A stretch of 63,001 nucleotides of DNA, filler included, from Choristocarpus tenellus KU-1152 (GCA_964200185.2; 12 parts of 12 records of this genome joined end to end with filler, not necessarily neighbours in it), one strand, 5' to 3'. Numbered from the whole stretch's first letter, positions 14,297 through 27,130 are shown. Notes: a model not told the origin generated them from the sequence alone. Numbers and translations: made by a program.

Positions 14297-14860
14297 GAGT
14301 TAAAGTAAACAACACGTACCCAGGTTTTGGCCGTTTTGCACTTCAAGTCTGTTTTTCAAACTTTTTCAGTTCACCCATATTTCTATGGGTGAGGTTCTAA
14401 GTTAGACACAAAGTATCTGGGGGGGGGGGGGGGGGGCTACCCCAGGGNNNNNNNNNNTTTTTTTTTTTTTTTTTTTTTTTTCTTATATGATATTAGTGGG
14501 TTGGGGTGGTTAATTCGGAAAGAGGGGGGTGGGTGGGGGGGGGGGGGGGGGGGTCTACACCAGAGTGTCCATTTGGACAAAACCAGGAAATGTGCACTTT
14601 CAATACCCATCCAACGTATGGAACCAAATCACCCAAAAATAGCGACATGAAAAAATTGGCCCCAACTGGACAGCCGCCACCCCCCCCAGATACTTTGACC
14701 TGTTAGACTTAAGAGTGTTTATTTCTCCAATGTTTGAAACTCTTCAAACACAATTCAGAAAATACCCTACACACCGTTGTTAAAGGAAAGTCGAATTTTG
14801 GACATATTTGTCAGCATCCTTAACAATGCAACTCTGAGTACCTCTCGTTTACTTCGACTC
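14297..14860 (-). mobile_element. Sola2-like MITE family C copy interrupted by a family A insertion
   Basis: TIRs GAGTTAAAGTAAAC / GTTTACTTCGACTC; flanks TAGT / AAGT (3 of 4 match); both halves are reverse complements of 12571-12819. Confidence 0.75.
14405..14701. mobile_element. Sola2-like non-autonomous family A element with 4-bp TSD GTTA (internal gap)
   Basis: GTTA|GACACAAAGTATCTGG(G)n ... (C)nAGATACTTTGACCT|GTTA. Confidence 0.85.
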
Positions 14861-16502
14861 AAGTAGTACAACTGTTGTAACATTAAATATTATTTGTTTC
14901 TCTGTTTTTGTTGTACTTGAAGTTGTAACCTATACAGATCTCTTTATTGGTTGTGGTGTTTGTTGTCTGCGTTCTCTTTTGTACATGTACCTACCCTCTC
15001 TCCTCTTCTACTGACATATCGATAATATTGAAGCCATGTAATTAATGTATCTTAAGTGTTACATACAATTACGATAAATCCACCATAGCTCTAGGCAGTA
15101 TTCAAACCCCAAGCTACACACATTCTTCACCCTTTCTTGATCAAGACATGAACAGTATTCCACCTCAGACAGTTCAGAAGATCAAGCTCCTGGTGATGGA
15201 AAAGGAGTTCAGAAAAGAGTGAAGGAAGTATAAAATTCTCGCACCCTGCATAGCTCCTCCCTATCACCTGGCAGGAGGTCTTTTGCCTCATGGTACAACA
15301 GCCCACTCAGTGCCTTACGTGTTTCACTCCACTCGCCTCGAATACTGACAGTTTCATCGAGTTAGTACCATTCAGAACAAACTTTACAACATGTACGCTC
15401 GCTAAAATGATATCCTCCAACAGGACAAACCTGAGTGGTGAATGGTCAGCTAACGAGTTCCTCATGAAGAGTATGTATGTGTGCCCTGTTGCGTTGGACA
15501 TGTGTCAATGCCAGCACTCTGTCAAGCACAACCCTACTGTGGGTGGTCGAAAAGGAGAAGCATTTCACATGGCAGTTGGTATAATCTGATAGGCAGTTAA
15601 CGGCTTCCTGCCACATAGTGACACCTACGGCTACTACAAGGTCCCACCCGTTCACTACTTGGGGAACTATCTCTTTTATGAAGTGTACCTACGCATTGTC
15701 ACACAATCGTTCTAAAACATATTTTTTAGATTTTTAGAACTGCTACACTTGTTAAAATGATAACAATTATATAGTACCTAGTAATTTAGCATCCATGGCA
15801 AATTGACACACCTACTATCTAACAACGGGTTCTAAATGTACTTGGGAACTATGTATATATTTTCCAAGTTTGTGCATTGTCACAGTCGTTGATAAAGGAA
15901 ACGTTTACGAAGTAATCTGAGTTTTTTCGTAGGTGGAAGAATTCTGGTGGTAATGTGGTACAGGGAGAGGTGAGGAAGGAAAAAGAAAAAGTAGGCAAGG
16001 GGTGAATGAAGAGTTAAGTACTGAGTGATTCAGAGGTAGAAGAGGCAGGAGAGAAGCTGAAGAAGTGGTCGGTAGGGGTGGAGGCACAAGGTAGACGGAA
16101 TGGTCAGTATGTAAAGAAAACCGAGGGCTGGTGGTACCAGACGAGGAGGGACTAGAACAAGACAACCTCCGAGCAAGCTCTCTCGCCCATCCACTCTTTT
16201 GCTTGCTTACGACCGATTGGGGTGCTGGGTGGAAGGGAGGTCAAGTTCGGGCGGGGTATATGTCTTCTAGTTCAGAGGCACGATATGAAGTGGATGATGA
16301 AGGGGTGTTCTTGGATGATTGTGGAGTGGTTTTGAGTGTTGTGGCGGAGTGGTAAGTGTTGTGGGTTTGAGTGGAGTGATAATTGGTATGGGGTTGAGTG
16401 GGNNNNNNNNNNNNNNNNNNNNNNNNNNNNNNNNNNNNNNNNNNNNTTAATTAATTAANNNNNNNNNNNNNNNNNNNNNNNNNNNNNNNNNNNNNNNNNN
16501 NN

Positions 16503-16573
16503 TTGTCTTGTTGTTGGTCCGAAGGGACCCCCTGGTGGTGCCCCCCCCCCCCCCCTCCCAGATACTTTGGGTC
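16503..16573 (-). mobile_element. Family A terminus after a gap
   Basis: (C)nTCCCAGATACTTTGGGTC. Confidence 0.75.
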
Positions 16574-19500
16574 ATTGTGGAGTGATAAGAATCTCATGAG
16601 AGGGGGATCATCAGGAAAGTCAAGACATAACAACGAAGAGAATCTTCGATGTTTGACACCTCTAATTGAAGAGTATCCGGTATTTGTAGGATTGATCTCT
16701 TGAAAGGATTCCATGCCTCAATTATTCGAAAGATCTACGACTGCAATCGGGGATTCCTGATAAAGATCCTTGATCGGCATGAAGGTATATGGCATACGGC
16801 AACAACGGTTATGGTAATAGACAAACCTGCTGCCCACATACCACTATTAATATATGCTGGTTACAAATTTACTCAGGATCATGCATACACTAGGGGCAGT
16901 TCACATCTTATACTACTGACATAATCGTAGGTAATAATATGTGAGCCAACGTATCCTAGAGGGGGGGTGATTTGGACCGTTTTGATCATAGAGACCTGAA
17001 AGGTTGCACCCCATTTCCATGTTCCAAATATCAGTATCTCCCATTAGGAATCTGTACATGTAGAAGGCGTGTCCAGAACAAGGAAAATACCATTTTCTCA
17101 AATACACAACCTTACACTTAATATCAACATTCGAAAGGCAGTCACACAGGTCCGTTATGGAACCAAAGTATCCTAGAGTGGGGAGGGTTTTGGTCATTTT
17201 GTCGTGAAATTAAGGGAGTTGTAAATGCAAAGCTTGGAACCACATTTTCATGCCCGGAATAGACTTAATCCCCTTCAGCATTATGTGGGAAGCAAAAGAA
17301 AAAAAACATGGCGAATAATCCTGTTTTAAGGATTGGAGGATGTGGGGAGGAAAATATTAAAAAAGGATGCCCAGCAGTTAGTAGATTATGTCATGGTTGA
17401 TTGGCGATATATCTGAATAAAATACGTGGGGTGTAACACATTGGGGAATACCCATCTGTGGTACATGCGAAATACATCGTTGAAAAGAAAGATAATGAAC
17501 AACATGCTGACATAATCTCTTAGCGGAAAACTCTTAGAGGTACATGAACTGAAGCAAAAAAATCAGTGCACTTAAGCATGGTCTATGAAGACTACACCAC
17601 AAGAGATACAAACCCCATCGCTGTCTCTGTAATACAGTGAATAAACTTCAACACAAAATACAAAATATCGTCATAAAGAAGGAATTACGTTATTAGAAGA
17701 TACCGAACAAAAGATCACAAAAGAGGAATAAACTTACACACTCGAAAATCATGTTAGGAATGAAGGAATAAAGACTCACAAGCACCCCTTATACTATCAT
17801 CTCCAACTTGTTCAACTGAAGATATACAAAAAAACAGTGAAATAAAGGAAACGTTGCACACGAGGAAAAGGGGGTACAAACCCTCTGCCCTATCTGAATA
17901 AGCATATTAGACTTGTCCATAACCAGCTGCTCACAGGTGTTCCCCAGTCTATGTTGTAGGTTTCTGGAAGGAGCTAGACATTCCATAATTTACCATCATT
18001 CCATTTCACCTCAAAATGAAAAGGGTAGCTGACCCTCTTCCCGGTTCCTCACGTGATCAGGTTGGTATCTCAACACAGTGCCTATCACCCACTGTTATCC
18101 AAACCGCCGGTGCAGTCCTCTACCCCTCAACTTACCATCGGAAATGAGCATATTGCTGTTCACTGGAGATGGCAATGTGCAAATCCACCCCGGGTGTGGT
18201 TGTCCCCTTGTCCCGATGCATGGCCACGAACCTTGACTCTAGGAGAATGTAGAGTCTGGTGTCCTTCTCCTTCCAGCTTCCACTCATCCTGCTGTCTCTT
18301 CTGGTCCAGATATGCATTTTAGAGTCGAGTGCGCCCCCTCCCCTCCTTCTCTTGTAATTTAAGGACGGACACCTTCCTAAATCTTTCCCTCAAACAAAGT
18401 ACAGTGTGCCCTCTTGACAGGGAGTCATCACCATCGTAGCCTTCGTATCTCACGGTGTAAATGTGTCTCGTGACATCATCGATATTAACATTGTCGGTTT
18501 ACTCCCCAAGAATATTATCCCCACTGCCACACAGAATGAATTGGGTCCCATACTAAAACTTGGCTTTGGATATGTCCCTGTACCTGAGATCTCCCGAGAA
18601 GAAAACAGGAGTCTGCTAAGGGTCTGCCGGTTGGACTCGGCAGTGTACCTCTGAGAGATATTGTGTGAGGCGTTCTTAACATCATAGTGTGAAGGTGAAG
18701 GAGCTCAGAGATTATGAGAATCACCCAACTAGGGATGACATGGGGACTTGGAAGCGTATCCTGTTGTGGGGGGAAATATGTTTTGAGGGAATGAAATAGG
18801 GGGTCAGGATGACATCTTTTTATATAAATTTGTTACAACTTGGGAGTGAAATCTGATGTTTGCAAGATTTTCAAAATGAAAATACAACATGAGTGTTGAA
18901 GAAAATTGAAGATCGTCTCATATTAGTGTCTAGATTGTGTAAAAACAATATTCCAACTGTTTTCTTTGAAAGAGAAATGAATTTTTTCATAAGTAATTCA
19001 AAATAAAGGGGATTGCACAAAAAAATAATACGTTTTGCTTATTCAAGATCAATTTAATGAGTTATCAGAAGAAATTACTAAAGCAATGAATGTATAGCTA
19101 TTTTGAAATATGTGAGTATGTATCTCACCCTGTCTCTGCTCTTGATAGTTTAATTCTTGGCATCTCCTGAACCAAGGTGGTCATGAGGACCATGAATTCC
19201 TCCAAGATGAACATAATCTTGTCTTCTGTATTGAACCATTCCCTGTAGCTTGAGTGCTGCATCCTGTTCCACCTTGCAGTGTCGTTGTAGTGAACATTGA
19301 ACAGGAAGAATCCCAACCCATCATACTGTGATGCAGCATCCGTTCTCACAATGCAAAACATTGCCCACCTCTGGCTTCCTCTCATCCTCAATAGCTGCCT
19401 CCAAAGTAGAAAGTTGTCTACCAGGGCTGTGGATGAAACCCCGGGGTTGATCACCTTCAAGAGAGGACTCTGTTTGCCTACCCACAAAAACGATCAACCC

Positions 19501-19747
19501 ATCCATAGGTACATTTGATACAGCAGCGTGACCTCTCTGTATAGACCATTGCATAAGATATACCATTGAACCATGTTTAAGTGATGAACCTGTGCTTGGG
19601 CTTAATGCCTTTGAAGACGGAGACATGTGGATCATGCCAGCCAGTGTGGCCGATATCATGAGGCAGAGTGTGGACTCTCACCTCCTCTCTGAGGTTTGTG
19701 TTAGGTAGGAGAAGGGTGTGTTTCCACCTCTCAATGCCCCATGTTGT

Positions 19748-19766
19748 GGCTCAAAGTATCTGAGGG
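19748..19766 (+). mobile_element. Family A-like terminus inserted in the transposase C-terminal coding region
   Basis: GGCTCAAAGTATCTGAGGG followed by a gap. Confidence 0.65.
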
Positions 19767-21183
19767 NNNNNNNNNNNNNNNNNNNNNNNNNNNNNNNNNN
19801 NNNNNNNNNNTTAATTAATTAANNNNNNNNNNNNNNNNNNNNNNNNNNNNNNNNNNNNNNNNNNNNCCGTTGAGCTCCAGCCTCCTGGCGGCTGACTTCA
19901 CCACGGCTCCAACTCCATCCGCCATGGATTTGCCGTGGCACGAGGAGAAGAAGTTGTGCACCACTGAAATCTCCATCCTCACAATGGCCTGGGAAAACCA
20001 CCACATCTGCCACCGGTTCTTAAACTACCACACCCATCAGACCAGATGTGGAGGACCTTCAGAGTCTGACCATATTCCCGTGCCAAAGGCATTAAGTGGC
20101 TGCCGATGAACATCTCCATAGCGTTCTGGACAAACTCATTGTCCTGACTCCTGTCTTCACTACAAATTGTAGTGCTGTGAGCCCATATCCTCCCCCCCAA
20201 AAAAAATTCCCCTTCCCTCGTGTCTCTCAACCACCAAACAATGGTCAAGAGCGCTGTCAACAATAGATTGAAAAATTCTTGCTGTGTTAGGTCCTGGTGG
20301 CTGTGTGGAAGCTGGGAACTGAAGTCAATGGACATGGCAGCGTGACCTTCTGGGAGGCGGGATTTGCAATGTTTATATTGACGTGCCTGCCATATGGTTG
20401 TGTTGTGATGAAGGAAGAAATGACTGTGGAAGTTGGTGAGGAGGACCTCGAGGAGTTTGGGGAACCCCTCTGTCCGTGGGAACAGTACCTGTTCGTACGG
20501 ATGTGGGGGGGGGCAGTAGTTGAGTGTGGTCGTCTTTCTGTATGTTGGAGGAGGGGGGGGCATTCGTACCAAGTAGTGTGTTTTCTATTGCTGAAAAAAA
20601 CGTGCGTGTATCACAACCAACATCCACATGAACACACAATTTAACGTGTCACACCATATCTCATCTCGCACTTCTTTTAAGTATTTTGTTCGAAGTGTCT
20701 GTGTTAGAACATGTAGAGTTTTGTCATCAGGAAATAATATAGTTTGAGTACATACTGTGCTGTTGTTGTCGGCACTATTAAAACTGATTATAAATAGAAC
20801 AAGCATTGCGTTGACGGACACTCTATTCAACGGGGATTCCTGACAGGATGGGTGAAAATATTCGTGTGTGTAACTGAATATGACAACAATATGTTGTTGA
20901 TAATGATGATTGTGAAAGAAAATATGGTATCAGGTATTTACAGAAGAATACGATCGAGCCCCCCTCAACACACAAACGTGTCAAATTCTTCAAGATGAAT
21001 GAGAAACCTCAACCAGGGTTACAATGAGTCCATCCCTCCATCCCAATGCTATGCACCGCTAAAAGTAAAATATAAATGTTAGTATCACTGCTATGAGGCG
21101 AAAATATTTCAAGGTAAGGATATACCTAAAAAGAGAAGATGAATCATGAGAAACCACATTTGTTGATTACAAAGGAGTAGACA

Positions 21184-21360
21184 GGGTAAGATGAAGAATG
21201 ACAATTAATATCCCGTCTGTTGTTTAAAGCGAAGTAAATGGGGTAAGATAAACTTAGACAACAATAGTCCATGTCTTGTTAAATACAAAGTAAACCGGGT
21301 AAGATCAAGTAGCACAATGAAGTCCATCTGCTGTTTAATATGAAGTAAGCGGGTAAATTT
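21184..21360. repeat. Degenerate ~56-bp tandem repeat, about 3 units
   Basis: GGGTAAGAT...GTTTAAA...AAGTAA units start at 21184, 21241, 21297; partial unit at 21351. Confidence 0.8.
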
Positions 21361-23549
21361 CTGTCTCAATAATAGTTGTTCGTGGAGTATGTGGGATGGG
21401 GATCATTACTGGAGGAGGCAAAATACTTCATCGCAGATGCATTGTCGACCACATCCCTTTGGTCCTGATTACATCGTACTGACCTTTCACTTCGTGTTGG
21501 CCTTGTCAGAACACTCAGTGTAGTCTTTGTCGTCGTTCTCTTCGGTTGTTGCCCTCCTCGATACTGGGTTTGACTCGCCCGCCATACAAGTGGCAAGGAT
21601 GAATTCGTCGGTCATTAGATTCTTGGCCCTGAATATCGTGTACTTCGCCTTTATCCTGTCAATAATTTCATCGTTCGTTGTGCCGTTGGGGGTCAAGAGC
21701 CCAAGACGAGATGACAGTGCCTTTAGGCATATGGCAAGTTTAGGAATGGGGTTGTGTTCGGTGTTAGTGGGGTGGGTGTTAATGAAATGGAAAGAGTGTT
21801 TTTTTTCCCGAAAACAAAGTGTGGGGTGAGGGTTCCTCTCCGATACCACAACAATACAGAGATTCAGATCTGTAATTAATTCTCACATGCATGATGTCGT
21901 AGAGGTTCCCTTTTGCGTAGGCACATGTCACACACACTCACCTTGATGTCCTTCATTGTCTTTCCTGGTAGGTCCCCCTCTACAATCGGGGTGTATGTGT
22001 GGACAAACTCATTCCATGTTGCCGTGGTACTGTGGGCGTTGATCATTCAAGGGCACTTCCACATGGGGTGATTAGTCCAGTCGCAAGTCTTGCATGTTCC
22101 ATCCACACAAGACGTTTGATAACCAGCTTCTGAACCACCCGTGGATTGCGCACCGAGGGCCTCGAGGGTGGTCCTCTCACACCTTGGCAGTCGTATTGGG
22201 ATCGTTGTGGGGGGATTCGGTCAATGTCCCGAGTAGGATACATGAAATGTTACTGTGTGTGTTTGAAGGGTGTATGGGCAAGTTGGGCAACGTTGGGCAT
22301 GTACCACAACTGGTATGAATGAGAGAAGTCATTTCGTTTGTGGGTTGGTGTGTGCGTGGGAGGGTGGTATCTGCATGTGGTATTGGTATTGTGGAAGGTT
22401 TTCATATTAGTTGGAGGTTGTAGTTTAAGCTTCGGACCATGATAAGATTACTACTTACAATAGGAAGTTCATCATATTTATAGCGTTTTCCAGTGCAGTC
22501 TCCACATCTTCAGAGCCGTACCCCTTGCCTTTGTCACAGAACTCGCAGGTACAGGCGCAAGTGCGTTGGCCATCGTCGCCAACCACCGTCCGACAGTGTA
22601 CTTTGTTCCAGTTTTCCCTCAGGCATTGGACCAATAGGTCGGTGGTCATATGGTGCACGCAAACGCATGTCCTGTGTTAAACGAATGGAGAAACATAAGG
22701 GTTAGGCAGGATGTCTATACAATTGTTGTTCACTGTGCAATGGAGGAAATATCGATATGCATGTGTGTCGCACTTGAGTTGGGCGGTTGGGTAATGGTAA
22801 GTGCTGAGCGTTGGCGTGGTTATACGTTTTGTACGCGTCTGTTTGAAACAGACAATTTCTCAAGCGGTTGTGTTTCCCAACGCACTTTTGGGTTGCCTTG
22901 GTGATGTAGAAGGGTCTCCACTTAACGAGCGTGGAAAGGCACGGTATCGGCCCATCTGTTGCCTCCATCTCGAACCTCTCTTTGAAGTTTGCGTAAACAT
23001 CTTCGTCGGTTCCAATCTGTACCCTGTTTGAAACGTGTGCACAGAGGGGGGACATAAAATATTAATGTTGTCGTGTGTAGGTTTGCAATTGTATTTCGAG
23101 GAGAGAGTGTACATAAATTGTCGGGGTGAAGGAGGAGAATTGCGTGCAGGAAATGCATAGGCGCTTTTGCTTTTCTACAGGGATGGAATTGCAGTACCTC
23201 TGGGCGTGTTGGTTACACATTTCATCTGGGTGGCACACCCTTTTATTGGTGTAAGTGTCCAAGGAATGCATTCCCTCAGCGGGATCGTGCTAAGTTATCG
23301 GGTCGTGGGGCAGGGCCGTGCTGTTGCTCTCCCTGACGGTTAGGCCAAGGACGTGTGTTTCAGGGTGCTGCACATCGAACCGTCGCGAGGAACTGTCCTC
23401 GTGGCGTCCAATATCCTTGCCCGGTCCTTCTTAATCCTAACAATCACGACCGATGAGAAGGAGTGAATTTAGGATGAGGTGGTGGAAGTTGCTTGTTTTT
23501 TGGGGAGGGTGTGTTGATAATTTTGTTGGAGAGTATAGGATACAGCGTT

Positions 23550-23810
23550 AGGTGTTCGAACCCTGATGGAAGGAATTGATTTTACATAAGCTGCTGGATT
23601 TATGGGTTCGAACCTTGGCCTGAATTGTTTTTTCCCAGTTGGCCTGGTGGAAGATATTGTTTTGACGTTGTTCGCTGGATTTTTGGGTTGAAGTCTGAGC
23701 TTTACAAAAAAATTCCCCATCGGCCTCGGGGGAGTTTTATTTTATACGGGCTCTGCCGGCTTCCTGGGTTTGGGTTCGAGCCTTGGCTTTCAAAAAACAT
23801 ATCCCATTGG
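23550..23810. repeat. Degenerate ~80-90 bp tandem repeat in a transposase intron
   Basis: GCTGGATTT(A/T)TGGGTT(C)GAA..TT/TG.GC recurs at ~23593, ~23674, ~23765. Confidence 0.6.
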
Positions 23811-25934
23811 TGTGGACACCCTTACTTGCCTGATGGGGGATGGCGCAGATGCCTGTACGTCTTCGGTGTTGGGAGTACGACATGGCTCTCCGATATCATG
23901 TACGGACATAGCACTAAAGCGCTCCCTATCGTAGATGAATTCCGTGCGCTTCACTGCTGAGGATCTGAGGGTGTCGACCTTGATATTGTATCTCTTGGCC
24001 GTGTCGGACAGACTGGGTTGGTATGTGGACGTCACCCCGTCCTCGAGCACTTTAATATCTGGAGCAATGCCCGTGAGGATTGAGTTGTACACCTGTCGAG
24101 TGTGTTCTGTGTTAAGGTCCTTCTTCAAGAACTCAAGGAAGGTCCTGACCTGCATGTCGGTTGCAGATGTGTGTATCTCCTCCGACATTACCTCTCTCAG
24201 TGCCCTTGCCAATGGGGCAAACTTCATATCCTCGTCCAAAAACCAAGCGGCGAGGTCCTTTCAAGTGTATCTGTCTCCTTCCCCCTCGTTCCGCCCGTAA
24301 TGGTTGACAAACACGGAGTGGAATAGGTGGAGGATTTTATCTGTCTTGGACTTCTTCCATGACCGAAGAGTGCTGCTATTGGTTGGTCTCCCGACACCCC
24401 ATTTCCTGAAAAGGGGGGGATAGAGGAGTGGAGAGTAGAAGTAGAATGTTAAAACAAAGTAATAATACGGCACCACAGAATGAATTTGTAGCGTCCTTTT
24501 GTGGTGTGATCTCTTGTGCGCAGCGTTCCTTATACCCCCAAAGTATACCGAGAATGTAGAACGAGTGCGCATTTGTGCATACTGCTAATCGCACTTTTAC
24601 GAGATAGATAACACATTCTGCACTCCATAACAGTACCTGATTATACGCCAAAGTATTAGCATGAGGAATAAAATGCTCACAACATCCTACTTCTGTCCCT
24701 CGCCACCCCATATGCAATTCGCCTCCTTCAGTTCTCGAGAACACTGAAGGGTGTCCGTCCCAAGAAGGAGCACACCAATCAGACAAAGAAACCTTCCTCG
24801 AAAGGGAAGAAAAAAGGCAACAAAGGAACTACGAAGGGGGCCAGCCCCTCCGAGGGTAACACAGACCAACTCCCCTTCAGCAGCCAAAAACAGCAAATCG
24901 CATTCACCAAACGAATGCACATGAAGGAGGTCTTCATCGAGAAGGCTGCTCTGGAGGTGGCAGTGCTGAAGATGAAGGAACTCAAGCATCAGGATGAGCT
25001 CGGAATCGACCCCACTGTGGCAGGGAATTCCAACCCTCCCTCTACGGAGGAGGCTGCGAAAGACCCATACATCCTATCGGAGGAGGTAATTAGTACCATG
25101 TTGACGTTTTTACCCTCTAGACTTTCTCGCCTGAGTGCATCCTTTCGAAAATCTTCTTGTACCCGTATGCGTATTAGGTAGGACCTATACAGGCTCTGGT
25201 ACCAACTTAAATGACGTCTGTGCAAAAACGAACCCATTCTTACTTGAAATGTCCGCCCCACCCCTGTGATTCAAAGGTTGTAAGGAGATTGCTCATGAAA
25301 GGTGTTGAAAAGGGTGACATCTTCCTAAAGATTGTAGAAAGCTCCGAGGGTGTTGCCCTCCCCAAAGGACTAGGAGGTGAGGTCAAGCAACTCGAAATAA
25401 ACGTTTAATGACATGATGATAAATGGAGCAGCGATTGAGCATCAATGAATTTACTCCTCTGATTGCGAAGAAGTACCGTCAGACCTGAAATAGGTTTTAG
25501 TCAAGAGTGTCATAGTGTATTGACACGCAATCTCGTCTACCATTTCTATGAATGGATAATGGTATAGAACCCATTCCCTTGCTTCTTTGCAGATTGCACT
25601 GACACATGCACGATTCTGGTCTGTTTCCCACCCCCCTGACATCTCAAAAACGTCCAAGATAACCATAGCGATTTCGTGCAGGGGAAGCACAAAACTCGTT
25701 TACACTGCCCTATATGTGCATGTTACTCACTTCCGCAAAAAAAATGTAACGAGTTCGCCTTAAGGACCATTGTACGTGTTTAACACGAATGCAAAATTTT
25801 ACAAGTTCCCCTAACCCACACGACAACACACACAAGATACTCTTCCACATCCACTCCTGACATCCGTTCTGCACACCGCTCCAGATTCTGGGCGTGCCAC
25901 CTGCGTTGTCATCGCGCCAGGCAACACCACTTCT

Positions 25935-27130
25935 GTGGTCCATCACACAAACGATGCATGGGCCAAGCTGAGGAGTTCGTTCAGCGATGGCTTGTCATCT
26001 CTGATTCTGCACCCAGGGGGGGCGGTCCACGCATTTGCCATGCTGCAGGGGAATCGTGACCCTGAGAAGGAGGAAGGCTTTGCACGCGAGCTGGTAAACT
26101 ATGTCGCAAGTGGTGGCCAGACGCTAACAGTGCGCAACAAAAGGACAGGGGACTTCGCGGCAATCTGGACGCGCCCGAGGGTGTCAGCACCTCCCCTCTT
26201 CCAATTCTTGCCGAGAGTGATTTGGAAGATGACCTCGTATCCGCTCCTGTTGGGTGGGATGCTGTTGACTCCGACAAGGAAGAAATGCAGTTGCCACCCA
26301 CAGGACGTCGGACGACCGAGACACGTAAAGTGGAATCAGTCCAGGCTGACGAGAGTGATGACGGTTCTTCAGCAAGTGGAGAGGTTGGTGTCGAAGAGGT
26401 CGATGCATACTGTCGATCCCCCCCCATTAAGCGAAGGAGGTCTTCTGGGGATGTTGCTGTTGTCAGGGATTCAGGATCCACACAAGGATCTGCTTCCAAA
26501 AAACGCATTCCCACTCACAAGGGAAAGCGTTTGCCTGCAACTCCGCCAGCAACCTTGCTGAATGATATATTCTCTCCGGTGCATGGCGGTGGGGAGGCAT
26601 CATCCCAGAACACCCCATCTGAGTCGAAGGGGAGTGATGTGGACTTGCCCGACAGCGAAGACAAACTGCCCATGTCGGACGATGGTAAGTTTCACATCGG
26701 AATGACAGATCGATTCCTTGAGGATTGGGCGGATGAACTCCTCCGCTTGGCAAACCTATCCTCAACATATTATCGTGTACAAACTTGTGTCCTTCAACAG
26801 GTTATTCGTGACCATGATTTCCGGTTGATGCGGGCTGGCAAATCTGCGAATCTTCTTGTCCTTGACGATCAGTGCTACGTGCACAGGGGAATCCTCGATG
26901 GCTTGTGCCATGGTGTGGGTAATGTCAAGAGGACGCTGTGTGCGAACGACATAGAAGCACTCGCGACGAGAAAAGCTGTGTTTCTCGCTCGTGTCGAGGC
27001 AGAACTGTGGAATGACAAGTACTCATCCCCCCTTAATCTTTGGCATGTGTTGACAGAGGTTTACCCAAAGCTTATAGATTGGTGGAAGGAAGGGAGGTGC
27101 GACTTCACACATGCTCACCAGCTCAAGTAG
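25935..27130 (+). CDS. Accessory ORF of unknown function (acidic low-complexity linker with NLS-like KRRR, then ~150-aa globular C-terminal domain); probably frameshifted near 26190
   Basis: 302-aa ORF 26222-27130 preceded by an overlapping globular-looking frame from 25935; C-terminus conserved in the paralog at 10099. Confidence 0.6.

Larger units (their letters stand above)
19125..24406 (-). pseudogene. Intron-containing Sola2-type DDD transposase, inactivated. Approximate exons 23826-24406, 23100-23440, 22880-23025, 22460-22671, 21942-22200, 19868-20490, 19125-19740
   Basis: Motifs in order: KWRPFYI, TCVCVHH, CVDGTCKTC, WQARQY...MSIDFS (D1), HIWSDGC + frameshift + FKNRW (D2), FFSSCHGKSMADGVGAVVK (D3), then C-terminal KGIKPKHRF...RSRCCIKC. 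In-frame stops at ~24261 and ~22048; frameshift at ~20025. Confidence 0.8.

Noticed and set aside
9880-16573. Single element bounded by GACCC/GGGTC termini with ATT flanks
   Set aside because: Spans three gaps and other termini; a 3-bp match is weak evidence
21184-21360. CRISPR-like repeat/spacer appearance
   Set aside because: The intervening sequences are similar to each other, so it is a degenerate tandem repeat; no cas genes; eukaryotic context
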